Part shown: one piece after another, positions 19,226 through 28,347 of the stretch
Position numbering within the stretch: the first letter of the stretch is position 1
Layout of the letters: each line of letters opens with the position of its first letter
Source of the DNA: a virus
Taxonomy: Duplodnaviria; Caudoviricetes
Length of the DNA stretch: 48,152 bases
Reading direction: 5' to 3' (one strand)
IMG/VR virus record: IMGVR_UViG_3300049926_000016
Span: 1 to 48,152 of that record
The notes under the pieces: generated by a model
Told to the model about the DNA's origin: nothing
Seen by the model: the letters and a program-made list of their open reading frames with translations, nothing else
Databases searched by the model: none
Program-made: the position numbers and the translations under genes

Positions 19226-19539
19226 TGCTCGTCCACCGCCACGCTGAGAAGTCGCTCGTCGCGCTGACCCAGAAGTTGCCGGTCCCGGCGAGCGTCATCA
19301 TCAACACCCTTCAACGAGCACCAGAGCCGACGAAGAAGTTGGCGGTCACATTGTCATTGGGGCAGAGCCACGGGGTTCCGTTCCAAGGCTCGAACGGGGA
19401 CACGCTCGTCCTCATCATCGCCGACGGCATGACCATCACGGCCTACCTCCGGCGCAGCGTCCAGTCATTCGACCCGGCGACGCTCCGGGTGGACCACGTC
19501 ATCACGTGGGCCGAGTACGCGGAAGGAGTCACCCAGTGA
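19225..19539 (+). CDS. Hypothetical protein
   Basis: TAATG overlap start MLVHRHAEKS. Confidence 0.7.
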   Translation: MLVHRHAEKSLVALTQKLPVPASVIINTLQRAPEPTKKLAVTLSLGQSHGVPFQGSNGDTLVLIIADGMTITAYLRRSVQSFDPATLRVDHVITWAEYAEGVTQ

Positions 19540-20186
19540 GCCTCTACCAGACCAACCACTTGACGTCAAGCGAGCAGGTGAACCTAGTCGCCGATGGCAT
19601 GTTCAAGGGTTCGCCCGCGTGCCAGAGCACCGAGAACCACTACAAGCCGGGCGTGTCCCGAGGGTACCGCTGGCGCGAGACCCCCGAGCCCGCCCCTGTC
19701 GCGTCGGGCGTGTTCATCGAGTGGCGCTCGCGTGACAAGAAATCCATCGACTACATCACGTTCCTGTGCCCCAAGCACGGTGGACCTGTCAAGTCCATCA
19801 TCACCCGGTCCTCGTGGCGCGCGGGCGACATCGAGTACCTGCCTGACGTCACCCCTGACGACGTCATGCGCGTCGGAGTCGAGCAGTTCATCGCGCAGTT
19901 GGTCCAGATGGCCAAGTACGAGCGCGACGCCGCGAAGGCTGGCGAGGAAGCCCGCATCCTTGCAATCCGCCGGGACGGCTGGAAGGAGAACCGGGACAAT
20001 TATCATTCGCGCAGCCAACGCCACCCGGCCCTGCTGACCAACGTCGCTGACGACTACTTCGGTCGCGTGTTCGTCGTCACGACCCGAGCCGACATGACCC
20101 CCAACGAAGCGCGCGAGTACGCGCACCGGCTGCTGGCCATGGCCGACGAAGCGGCTGACCTGACGGCGGTCGCGGTCAAGCCATGA
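19536..20186 (+). CDS. Hypothetical protein
   Basis: SD GGAAGGAG; GTG start overlapping the previous stop. Confidence 0.7.
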   Translation: MSLYQTNHLTSSEQVNLVADGMFKGSPACQSTENHYKPGVSRGYRWRETPEPAPVASGVFIEWRSRDKKSIDYITFLCPKHGGPVKSIITRSSWRAGDIEYLPDVTPDDVMRVGVEQFIAQLVQMAKYERDAAKAGEEARILAIRRDGWKENRDNYHSRSQRHPALLTNVADDYFGRVFVVTTRADMTPNEAREYAHRLLAMADEAADLTAVAVKP

Positions 20187-20791
20187 CCACCCAGTTTGAG
20201 CGAGACCAGATGCGCCGGGGCAAGGAGGCCCGGCGCATGTTGGCGCTGTTGGAGGCCGGAGCCGCCCAGCCTGACCCGAGCCCGGCGCTCATCGAGGCAC
20301 TGGCCGCATATCGCATCGAGGACTACCGGAGCAGTGTTTCGTGGGCCGACCGAGAGGACGCCCATCGAGCCGCCGCCGAGGCTAAGGTCGCCGAGGGCGA
20401 GCGGCGGTTCGCCGAGCTACCCGACGCGCCGCCCCGGATGCAATGCGGCGCGGCGGTCGCCCGTGACCAAGGGCGCTGGACCGAGTTCGGCCGGTGCGAG
20501 AAGGTCGCCAACCGAATTGTAATGGACTACGACAATCATCGAGAGCGGGTCCTGTGCTCCGGCCACGCGCGGGAGTTCGTGACCACCGGCAAGGCGCCCG
20601 GCATCGGCTGGGCGGACGCCGCTCACAACGGGAAGTACGGTGGCGTGACGCACGAGTCGTGGTACCGTATCAAGGGCTGGTGCATGGAGCCAGACCCGAG
20701 GCCGGACCCGAGGAAGCCAACCCGGTATTGCACAGTCAAGGTGGACAAGGGTCGAGGGACCCACCCAGAGAAGGAGCACAAATTTCAATGA
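20183..20791 (+). CDS. Hypothetical Cys/His-containing protein
   Basis: ATGA overlap; C...C...CSGH pattern. Confidence 0.7.
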   Translation: MTTQFERDQMRRGKEARRMLALLEAGAAQPDPSPALIEALAAYRIEDYRSSVSWADREDAHRAAAEAKVAEGERRFAELPDAPPRMQCGAAVARDQGRWTEFGRCEKVANRIVMDYDNHRERVLCSGHAREFVTTGKAPGIGWADAAHNGKYGGVTHESWYRIKGWCMEPDPRPDPRKPTRYCTVKVDKGRGTHPEKEHKFQ

Positions 20792-21147
20792 ACGCGACGG
20801 AGGCCAACTCCCTCGTTCGCGGGCTGGTGTTCATCAGTCAGAAGACGAGGTCCGACCTGTCCGAGGCGCTGGGCGACGTGCCCGAAATCCTAGAGGACCT
20901 GAACCCGCTGTTCTTCGGCCCGAAGGCGGTGCTCCCGCACCTGCTGGACTGGCAGAAGCGGGCGGAGCAGACCGGCATCATCGCCGGGCAAGACCTGTTC
21001 AACTTCGTGAAGTTCCTCGACATGGACCAGTCCGGTCACATCGCGCTGGGGCTGCTGGCCATCTATGGCTACACCGAGGTCCCGCTCGACGGTCCGCCCA
21101 TCGAGTGGATGACAACGAGCTGGCCCTACCTCACGGCGGGATTGTAA
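20788..21147 (+). CDS. Hypothetical protein
   Basis: SD AAGGAG; MNATEANSL start. Confidence 0.7.
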   Translation: MNATEANSLVRGLVFISQKTRSDLSEALGDVPEILEDLNPLFFGPKAVLPHLLDWQKRAEQTGIIAGQDLFNFVKFLDMDQSGHIALGLLAIYGYTEVPLDGPPIEWMTTSWPYLTAGL

Positions 21148-21386
21148 TGCAGGTCAAGGTCGGCAAGGCGTGGAGCACCAACGACCCGCGACCGGCGGAC
21201 TCGTTCCACGTCGGGGCGCTCGACCCCATCGAGCAGTTCCTACACGGCGGCCCCATCATGCCGCACCAGTTCACCCGAGGGCAGGTGGCCGAGCCCGACA
21301 ACGGCCACCGGGGCATGGACCCCGATTACGTCAACACCGACCGACAGATGACCCTTGCAAATCCTGGGTCGAGAGGAGTAGAGTAG
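21147..21386 (+). CDS. Hypothetical protein
   Basis: TAATG overlap start MQVKVGK. Confidence 0.6.
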   Translation: MQVKVGKAWSTNDPRPADSFHVGALDPIEQFLHGGPIMPHQFTRGQVAEPDNGHRGMDPDYVNTDRQMTLANPGSRGVE

Positions 21387-21390
21387 ACAC

Positions 21391-21690
21391 ATGGCAACCC
21401 ATCGCAGCCTCCCCGAGAAGGTGGAGGACGTCAAGACCACCTACGAGCAGTTCAAGGAATTGCTCACCACCCCCAACATGCGCTCCGTGCTGGAGAACAT
21501 GACCGGCGCGCAGATGGCGGCGACCGCGCAGTCCGGGGACATCCAAGCGTACGCCGCGCTGGTCGAAGCCAGCCTCCGCCTCAACTCGCTGGTCTCGGCC
21601 AACGACCGGGCGGCGCTCATGGCCGCAGTGATGGCCACGCAGTCGGGCGTCTCCCGGCCACAGCTCGAAGTCATCGAGGGCGGGGAGTAA
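21391..21690 (+). CDS. Hypothetical protein
   Basis: SD GAGGAG; helical 99-aa ORF. Confidence 0.7.
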   Translation: MATHRSLPEKVEDVKTTYEQFKELLTTPNMRSVLENMTGAQMAATAQSGDIQAYAALVEASLRLNSLVSANDRAALMAAVMATQSGVSRPQLEVIEGGE

Positions 21691-21695
21691 TTCCA

Positions 21696-22127
21696 ATGTC
21701 GAGTCTCGAAGGCGAGGTCAGCACCGACACGTCGCTGTACCAGATGAAGGAGAAGCATCCTTCGTGGCGCTGCCTCGCCGCGCTCGACCAGAGCGAGTCG
21801 TACGAGACGGACGTGACCGAGGTCTGGCTCGACACCCTCACCGGCAAGTTCCACGTCGCCACCGCGAGCGGATGCTCATGCTGGGACGGGGAGTTCGACT
21901 CGACCGAGTACGACACCATGGAGGAGCTGGCCCACAGCCTGATGACCGAGGACCAGCCCAATTACAATCCGTCGGTCGTCGGCGCTGTTCGCCTCATCGA
22001 GATGGCCCGCGACAACTATCCCAAGCTGATGCTCGACATCCCCCTCCACGAGCCGGTCAAGGTTCGGCTCGCCGGGGCGTCAGAGGCGGACCTCGAAGCC
22101 GCCCGGAAGCTGGGCGTCGTCCACTGA
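21696..22127 (+). CDS. Hypothetical protein (SGCSC motif)
   Basis: SYETD...ASGCSCWDG motif, which I recall from small proteins of high-GC phages. Confidence 0.75.
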   Translation: MSSLEGEVSTDTSLYQMKEKHPSWRCLAALDQSESYETDVTEVWLDTLTGKFHVATASGCSCWDGEFDSTEYDTMEELAHSLMTEDQPNYNPSVVGAVRLIEMARDNYPKLMLDIPLHEPVKVRLAGASEADLEAARKLGVVH

Positions 22128-22384
22128 TGGCAGAGAAGCCAATCGACGGAGATGTGGGCGGGGCGCGTGCGCGTCTCGCTCGCACCATGCAGCCCTCGGG
22201 CAAGACGTTCCGGCGCACGAGCGACTACCACGACCTCGGCGACGGCGACCAGTGTAAGGACGCGGACGGGGCATTGACAGGGCATGGTAGGATGTATCAC
22301 ACATCGGGCGGCAAGCAGTATTGCCCCCACCAGTCACACGACAGCGAGCGCATCAAGCCGCCGAAGGAGAGAGACAATGGGTGA
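22127..22384 (+). CDS. Hypothetical protein
   Basis: TGATG overlap; YCPHQSH motif. Confidence 0.65.
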   Translation: MAEKPIDGDVGGARARLARTMQPSGKTFRRTSDYHDLGDGDQCKDADGALTGHGRMYHTSGGKQYCPHQSHDSERIKPPKERDNG

Positions 22385-22628
22385 CGTACACATCCCGGCC
22401 CCACCGCAGAACGCGGTCGGAGCCCGGGTCCACGAACTCGTGGAGTCAGGGCATGAACTCTACGCGACCGCCGTGACGGGGTCCTCATCGGGCCGGGTCC
22501 GGCGTCCCTCGCTGTTCGCCCTCGCCGTCCTCGGGGTGGCCCTCGGAACGGTGACGCTCATCGGGACGGCCATCGCCGTCATTGCAATCGTGCTGCTCGC
22601 CATCACCGACAACGTGGTGGAGCTGTGA
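22377..22628 (+). CDS. Small membrane protein
   Basis: SD AAGGAG; ~30-aa hydrophobic C-terminal stretch. Confidence 0.7.
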   Translation: MGDVHIPAPPQNAVGARVHELVESGHELYATAVTGSSSGRVRRPSLFALAVLGVALGTVTLIGTAIAVIAIVLLAITDNVVEL

Positions 22629-22744
22629 AGTACGAGGTCAACTGCGGCCCCTGTGGCTGCATCATCCTCATCCTCATCCTCGCGGCGCTGGTCCTCGGAG
22701 CGAGCGACCTGCTGCACACGCTGTTCGCCGCCATCCATGCCTGA
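22625..22744 (+). CDS. 39-aa membrane peptide (not in the ORF track)
   Basis: GTGA overlap; MKYEVNCGPCGCIILILILAALVLGASDLLHTLFAAIHA; fills the gap between its neighbours. Confidence 0.6.
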   Translation: MKYEVNCGPCGCIILILILAALVLGASDLLHTLFAAIHA

Positions 22745-23825
22745 GAACGCAAGCCTCAACTCCGCCGGGTTCCGCATGTACGCATGGCCCGGCGGCGATA
22801 CCCCGCTCCACCACGAATACAACGCGACCCAGCCCGCGCTGGTCATCTCGGTGACGGCAGCCCGCTCGGTCGTCGGCATCCCGTGGCAGCTCCAGCGGTG
22901 GCAGAACAACAACCTCACGAACCTCGCCACCGGCCAGCGCCGGGCGGAGTGGCGCGACTACTCGAAGTCCACCCGTGGGCGGCTCGTGAAGGGCTACAAG
23001 AAAGACGGCCCGTTCCCCGGTGAGTTCGTCACCCGGATGCTTGCCACCAATGGCGACGAGGACCAACTCCGCGCGTTGCGCGCATGGTTCCAATCCACTG
23101 CCGACGAGCCGCGCGACATCGCTGCGGTCCGAGGCTCGGTGGTCCACAAGCTCATTGAAATTCGGGCGCCGTTGAAGTCGCTGTCCGAGGACGTCATCCG
23201 CTGGTACATGGACGAGCAGTGGTCGAAGGAGGGTCGCAAAGTCCTCCCCACCGTGACCGACGAGGACATCGACTTCGTCGGCAACTGCATGGCCAACTAC
23301 TGGGCTATGCGCGACGCCACCCCGTTCGTCATCATCGCGCAGGAGCCGCAGGTCTGGAACCTCCGTGTCGGGTATGCCGGGTCCGCCGACGTCCTGCTGT
23401 GGTTCCTGCCGGAGGGCGAGTCGGTCGAGTTCTGGCAGAAGGAAGCTAACGCCAAGCGCATCACGGTCGAGACCATCGCCCGGGTGGGCGGGGTGCTCGG
23501 GCTCGGCGACTGGAAGACCAGCCCCGACGTCTACACCGGCCACGTCATCCAAGGCACGGCCTACATGGCGGGCGACTTCATCGGCTCGGGCGACGTCATC
23601 GACGGGCGCCTGTCGAAGCTGCTGAAGGCCACCATGCAGGGGCTCATCCTCAAAATCCGGCCGGACGGCTGGGAGGTTGACACGTTCGAGTACACTGAGG
23701 ACACAAGCCGCGCGTTCTTCGGCGAGATTGCGCTCGCGCGGTTCCTCTTGACACACGAGAAGCCCGCCGCACTGTTCACGTCAAGCACCAGCGGCCAAGC
23801 TGCCGCAGACTGGAGAACCGAATGA
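22737..23825 (+). CDS. PD-(D/E)XK (Cas4/RecB-like) exonuclease
   Basis: ISVT, RGSVVH, EPQVW...GYAGSAD, GDWKTS, QGTAY motifs. Confidence 0.85.
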   Translation: MPENASLNSAGFRMYAWPGGDTPLHHEYNATQPALVISVTAARSVVGIPWQLQRWQNNNLTNLATGQRRAEWRDYSKSTRGRLVKGYKKDGPFPGEFVTRMLATNGDEDQLRALRAWFQSTADEPRDIAAVRGSVVHKLIEIRAPLKSLSEDVIRWYMDEQWSKEGRKVLPTVTDEDIDFVGNCMANYWAMRDATPFVIIAQEPQVWNLRVGYAGSADVLLWFLPEGESVEFWQKEANAKRITVETIARVGGVLGLGDWKTSPDVYTGHVIQGTAYMAGDFIGSGDVIDGRLSKLLKATMQGLILKIRPDGWEVDTFEYTEDTSRAFFGEIALARFLLTHEKPAALFTSSTSGQAAADWRTE

Positions 23826-24406
23826 CCACCGCAGCAAAGGAGGGCCGGACCAGCGTCCTCGCATCACTGACCGCCGAGGTCATGGGCGAGAAGACCAAGG
23901 CCGCCAAGGCCACCCTGACCCCCGTCGCCGGGGAGTCCACGTTCCCGCTGGAGAGGGCGCTCATCCCCAACGACACGGGGACGTTCATGTCGAACGAGGG
24001 CCTGCACGACCACGCGAAGAACCTCCGCAAATTCGCATCCGAGGCAATTGCAATTGCCGATGGGCTCGACGCAATTCTTCAGGAGTCCAGCTCGGACGAG
24101 AAGGTCGTAGACCTCGACGCCGCGCGCAAGGCCAAGGAGGCCGAGGGCGACGCGAAGGCCGAGGCCGCCAAGGCCCCGAAGCCGGTCGAGCCGGAGCCCG
24201 AGAACAATGGCGACGGGGACCCGGAGACCAGCGGGTTCGCCGCCGACTTCGCCGCCAAGCAGGCCGCCGCACAGGCCGCCACGTTCAGTGCCCCGACCGG
24301 CAAGGGCTGGCACTGCCCCGTCCACAACAAGCCGGGAGTCCCGAAGGTCAGCGGCAAGGGTCGCGACTTCATCGGGTGCCCCGACTGCAATCAGTTCCAA
24401 GGGTAG
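23822..24406 (+). CDS. Hypothetical protein with C-terminal Zn ribbon
   Basis: WHCPVH...FIGCPDC; coupled to the exonuclease gene. Confidence 0.75.
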   Translation: MTTAAKEGRTSVLASLTAEVMGEKTKAAKATLTPVAGESTFPLERALIPNDTGTFMSNEGLHDHAKNLRKFASEAIAIADGLDAILQESSSDEKVVDLDAARKAKEAEGDAKAEAAKAPKPVEPEPENNGDGDPETSGFAADFAAKQAAAQAATFSAPTGKGWHCPVHNKPGVPKVSGKGRDFIGCPDCNQFQG

Positions 24407-24412
24407 GTCCTC

Positions 24413-25486
24413 GTGACCCTCAACGCGGTCGCCCATTCAGGCAACCTGTGCTCTGGTCTATGCCGCCCGCCGTGCAGTCACATCGACTGCTGGCAGTGCG
24501 GCGAGATGTCTGACTCGCAGGCCATCGCGGCCGAGACCAAGTCGGCCAAGGAGCGCATTGCCAAGCTGGCCGCCCTCACTGACCCGAAGCCCGCGAAGGC
24601 GAGCATCCTGTCGGCCATGTCGGGCAAGCCGTCGGCCGAGGTCCAGAAGACCACCATCACGCGAGCCGCCCTCGAAGGGCTGTGCGAGAAGGCTGGCATT
24701 ACAATGGACTGGAACTACGGCAACCCCATCTTCAAGGACTCGGGCGTCCGTCAGGACATCGCCGACTTGGAGAAGCGGTATGCGCAGGCCGAGCGCGCGG
24801 TGCTGGAGGAGAAGGTCAAGGAACTCCAGCGCATCGCCGACCAGCAGCGGCAGGGCGTGCTGTCCACGCAGGCCGCGAACTCGATGGCCAAGGCCGCTGC
24901 CCAGCAGATGGACACCATGGCCAACGACGTCATCAAGGAGAAGGTCGAGGCCCAGATGCGGGCGGACGCCATCGCCAACGAGGCCCGCATCCGCGCCGAC
25001 ATGAAGGCCAAGGGTGCGACTGACGCGGACATCGACGCCGCCGTCACACTGCTCGGGTGGAAGCCTGACCAGTCGTTGCCGGAGCCGCCCAAGTTCCTGA
25101 TGGGCGTGGACCTCGCACGGGACCCGGAAGACTGGACGGCCGACGACATGGCGGCCTACTTCGCCAAGCTGGACGCCGGGCTCATGTCCGTGTCCGGGCT
25201 CAACGACCTACTCTCGGGGTCAGCCCCGGCGCAGGTGACGTCGGGGGATGCGCTCACCGCGCAGCAGGTCCAGACGATGGTCGCCGCGCTGAAGGCCAAC
25301 AACACAATCTACCCCGGGGCCGGAGCTGGCATTGCAATTGTGCACCCGTCCACCGTGTTCCAATCTGAAATCAGCGACCTCATCAACCGCAAGATGCAGG
25401 AGACCCTGCGGGCGCCGCTCCCCCACCTGATGCCCGACCAGCACATCGGCTGGAAGGCCCGCATCAAGGGCGTGCTCGATGCCTGA
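24413..25486 (+). CDS. Coiled-coil protein with capsid-protein-like C-terminal mosaic
   Basis: Helical middle; the C-terminus shares LRAPLPHL, AIVHP and IGWK with the major capsid protein. Start uncertain (24413 or 24506). Confidence 0.8.
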   Translation: MTLNAVAHSGNLCSGLCRPPCSHIDCWQCGEMSDSQAIAAETKSAKERIAKLAALTDPKPAKASILSAMSGKPSAEVQKTTITRAALEGLCEKAGITMDWNYGNPIFKDSGVRQDIADLEKRYAQAERAVLEEKVKELQRIADQQRQGVLSTQAANSMAKAAAQQMDTMANDVIKEKVEAQMRADAIANEARIRADMKAKGATDADIDAAVTLLGWKPDQSLPEPPKFLMGVDLARDPEDWTADDMAAYFAKLDAGLMSVSGLNDLLSGSAPAQVTSGDALTAQQVQTMVAALKANNTIYPGAGAGIAIVHPSTVFQSEISDLINRKMQETLRAPLPHLMPDQHIGWKARIKGVLDA

Positions 25487-25643
25487 ATGGCTCGACCGCC
25501 TCGCCGCCCGGCCGCCTCTGGCGGACCACTGGCGCCGCCGCCACCACTGCACCGACGTCGTGCTGGGGGAGTCTAGTGATGTTGACAAGCCATGCTACAC
25601 TGGTCCACAGGAGCAGTCAGCTCCAGAAAGAAAGGAACCGCCC

Positions 25644-26330
25644 ATGAAGCTCATCCGTATCGCGGCACTCATCGGAGCCCTCGCCGCCGTCGCCCTCGCG
25701 GGCGGCAGTCCCGCCGTCGCCCACAACGACACCGGGGACAAGGTCTACGTCTGCAAGTACACCGGGCAGCCCGGCGTGGACGAGGTCCTTCAGTTCGGCC
25801 AGAACCCCATCGAGGTTAGCGTCAACGCCATCGCGGAGCCGGTCGTCGTCGGCGCCTATTTCAATGACGCGCACGGCCGCTCGTTCGTCCTCGGCTTCGT
25901 CCCCATGAGCCCGGAGCCCAACCGCTTCGACTGCCCGGAAGGAGTTGGCCCATCACCCAGCCCGTCAGTTTCGCCGGAGCCGTCCTCGGAACCTTCGGTC
26001 GAACCCACACCATCGACCTACCCTTCGCCCCAGCCGTCGGCAACCCCGTCACCGACGCCGTCAGTGACGCCGACGCCTTCGCCTACGCCAAGCTCGTCGC
26101 CGACACCATCCACGGAGCCGACACCTGTCCCCTCTGCCTCGCCGACCGCCCCGGTCGTCACCCCGACTCCAGTGGTTCCCACCGTAACGGCGCCGCCGAC
26201 CGACACCGATGGCCTCGTGGCCCAGTCGGCCCCGAAGTCTGAACCGTCGGTCCTGTTCATCATCCTCGCTGCCGCCATCGGTGGTATGCTTGGAGCCCTC
26301 GCAACCTCTCGGCCACGCCGAGCCAAGTAG
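25644..26330 (+). CDS. Secreted, surface-anchored Pro/Ser/Thr-rich protein
   Basis: SD AAAGGA; signal peptide MKLIRIAALIGALAAVALAGGSPAVA; small Cys-pair domain; (PS/PT)n stalk; PPTDT; TM helix; basic tail RPRRAK. Confidence 0.85.
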   Translation: MKLIRIAALIGALAAVALAGGSPAVAHNDTGDKVYVCKYTGQPGVDEVLQFGQNPIEVSVNAIAEPVVVGAYFNDAHGRSFVLGFVPMSPEPNRFDCPEGVGPSPSPSVSPEPSSEPSVEPTPSTYPSPQPSATPSPTPSVTPTPSPTPSSSPTPSTEPTPVPSASPTAPVVTPTPVVPTVTAPPTDTDGLVAQSAPKSEPSVLFIILAAAIGGMLGALATSRPRRAK

Positions 26331-26441
26331 TCCCCTTTCCCCGGAGCTTCGCCGCTCCGGCTGGCCCTCCCACCCCTGCCTCCTCCCGGGGGCGCGGAAG
26401 GCCAACCAGACCGGCGAACCGCCAGTCACAGGAGGTACCAA

Positions 26442-26696
26442 ATGACCGAGTCCGAGTTCCCCGAGGTCCCCGAGACAGCCGACCAGATGGTCGCTCGATG
26501 GGCCGAACGTGACGCAGCCTACGCCAAGCTGCGTACCCCGATGGCCCCCGACGCCGTCGCCGCCATCCGCACTGGCCGGATGCGCGAGGCGAGCCTGTTG
26601 CCCGTCGCCGACCGAGCCCGTATGTGGGCCAAGGTGCAGACGTGGCAGCCGCCCGTTCACCCGGACTTCGGGTCGATGAAGGACTGGCTCAATTGA
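26442..26696 (+). CDS. Hypothetical protein
   Basis: SD AGGAGG. Confidence 0.75.
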   Translation: MTESEFPEVPETADQMVARWAERDAAYAKLRTPMAPDAVAAIRTGRMREASLLPVADRARMWAKVQTWQPPVHPDFGSMKDWLN

Positions 26697-26995
26697 GCAC
26701 CGACGTCGAGACCCTGAAGGCCGAGTCGGTCAGCGAGGACGTGGACCTCGGCCGCGCCGTCCGGGTCCGCTGGATTGACAGCGGGCTCGCGGCACATGAC
26801 GGCTGGATGCTGCGCTCCGACATCCCAGACAACGTGGCCACCGTCGAGACCGTTGGGCTCTGGCTCGGCGAGAATGACAATGTGGTCATGGTGGCCGGGA
26901 CCCGGGCCACCGCCGAGTCGATGGGCTCGGAGCAGTACCTCAACGCGCAGGTCATCTACAAGCCGTGCATCGTGTCGAAGGAGTGGCTGTCGTGA
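26693..26995 (+). CDS. Hypothetical protein
   Basis: TTGA overlap; VRVRWIDS...GW...ETVGLW pattern seen in small phage proteins. Confidence 0.7.
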   Translation: MSTDVETLKAESVSEDVDLGRAVRVRWIDSGLAAHDGWMLRSDIPDNVATVETVGLWLGENDNVVMVAGTRATAESMGSEQYLNAQVIYKPCIVSKEWLS

Positions 26996-27312
26996 AGCTG
27001 AACATCCGCAACCCGTTCGCCAAGTCCGAGACGGCCCCGGCCGTGCCGGTCCAGCCAAAGGGCCTGACCCCGCAGGAAGTTTGGGAGGCCCCGGCCACCT
27101 TCAATCGCGCCACCCGGCGCTGGGCTCGACTCTGGGGCTCGGTCTGGCGCTGGGACCCGCGTGCGCTCGGCATCCCGGCCGACCTCCCGGCGCGCTACGT
27201 GCGGCGCCACTTCGTCCCCGCCCAGTTCCTCAACCCCAAGACCCGGCGCCAGCGTCGCCACCGGGCTCGGGTCATCCGCTCGCTCCAGCAGAAAGGACAG
27301 TACCCCCGATGA
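26992..27312 (+). CDS. Basic hypothetical protein
   Basis: SD AAGGAG, GTGA overlap; Arg-rich, NRATRR. Confidence 0.65.
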   Translation: MKLNIRNPFAKSETAPAVPVQPKGLTPQEVWEAPATFNRATRRWARLWGSVWRWDPRALGIPADLPARYVRRHFVPAQFLNPKTRRQRRHRARVIRSLQQKGQYPR

Positions 27313-27971
27313 GTGAAGACCCTCGCACCAACGACTTCAAGCCGCTGGCCGGAGCGCCAGTCTTCAAGCCGTGGCCCAAGCTGCCCCGGCTGAACCGTGA
27401 CATTGTCATCACGGAGAAGGTGGACGGCACCAACGCCGCCATCGGCATCATCGACCACGACCCGACGTCCGTCGCCGACGGCGGCGCTCCGGTCATCGAG
27501 GTCTACGCCCAGTCCCGCACCCGCATCATCACCCCGGAGAAAGACAACTTCGGGTTCGCCGCGTGGGTCGCCAGCAAGGCCGACCTCCTCATCGCGGCGC
27601 TCGGGCCGGGCCTCCACTTCGGCGAGTGGTACGGCAAGGGCATCCAGCGAGGCTACGGTCTGGACGAGCGGCGCTTCGCCCTGTTCAACACCGCCCGCTA
27701 CGCGCCCATCCCGTTCGCGGAGCTAGGGCTGCCCGAGGTCAACGCCGTCCCCGTCCTGTACGAGGGGCCGTTCGGCGAGAAGTACATCAAGGCGGCGCTC
27801 GAAGTGCTGCGCCAGTACGGCTCGAACGTCGGGGCCAAGGGCGACGAGCCCGCCGAGGGCATCGTGGTCTTCCACGAGGCCGGTGGCACCATGTTCAAGG
27901 TCACGCTCGAAGGCGATGGAGAGCCCAAGTCAGTGCGGGAAGCCCGCATTGCAATGGAGGCCACCGCATGA
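27309..27971 (+). CDS. RNA ligase (Rnl2-like nucleotidyltransferase domain)
   Basis: Motif I EKVDGTN, QSR, FGEWYG.GIQ, RFALF, EGIV, FK. Confidence 0.9.
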   Translation: MSEDPRTNDFKPLAGAPVFKPWPKLPRLNRDIVITEKVDGTNAAIGIIDHDPTSVADGGAPVIEVYAQSRTRIITPEKDNFGFAAWVASKADLLIAALGPGLHFGEWYGKGIQRGYGLDERRFALFNTARYAPIPFAELGLPEVNAVPVLYEGPFGEKYIKAALEVLRQYGSNVGAKGDEPAEGIVVFHEAGGTMFKVTLEGDGEPKSVREARIAMEATA

Positions 27972-28342
27972 GCGGCACCGGCCGGTTCAGCACCGAGGCC
28001 CCCGCCAGCACCGAGTCCGTGCTGGCCGAGGTCGGTGAGGAGCGGGAGCGGCAGTACGCCAAGTGGGGGCCGCAGCACCACCCGGACGGCACTGCCCTTG
28101 ACGGCGCCAAGTACCTCGCCGACAAGGCGCGTGAGCGTTGCGACGAGGCCGCCCGTGAGGGCCGGGTGGACTGGAACTACATCCTGACCGAGGAGTTTCT
28201 GGAGGCCCGGGCTGAAGACCCGGACACCGCCGGGCTCCGAAAGGAACTGCTGCAAGTCGCAGCGGTCTGCGTCGCGTGGGTCGAGGACATCGACTCACGA
28301 CCACAACATGCCGACGTCCATGACCTCGGCGGAGAGGGCTAA
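27968..28342 (+). CDS. MazG-like nucleotide pyrophosphohydrolase
   Basis: ERERQYAKWG.Q...ILTEEFLE...KELLQVAAV. Confidence 0.8.
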   Translation: MSGTGRFSTEAPASTESVLAEVGEERERQYAKWGPQHHPDGTALDGAKYLADKARERCDEAAREGRVDWNYILTEEFLEARAEDPDTAGLRKELLQVAAVCVAWVEDIDSRPQHADVHDLGGEG

Positions 28343-28347
28343 GGCCA

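Noticed and set aside
22737-23825. Cas4 as part of a CRISPR-Cas locus
   Set aside because: No array or other cas genes; stand-alone phage exonucleases of this fold are common.
25582-25601. TTGACA...TACACT promoter before the surface-protein gene
   Set aside because: Spacer is only 8 bp; at most an extended -10 (TGcTACACT), not enough to call.
25950-26200. Repetitive CCGTC/CCGAC-rich DNA as a CRISPR or DNA repeat
   Set aside because: Encodes the Pro/Ser/Thr stalk with varied codons; no repeat-spacer structure.
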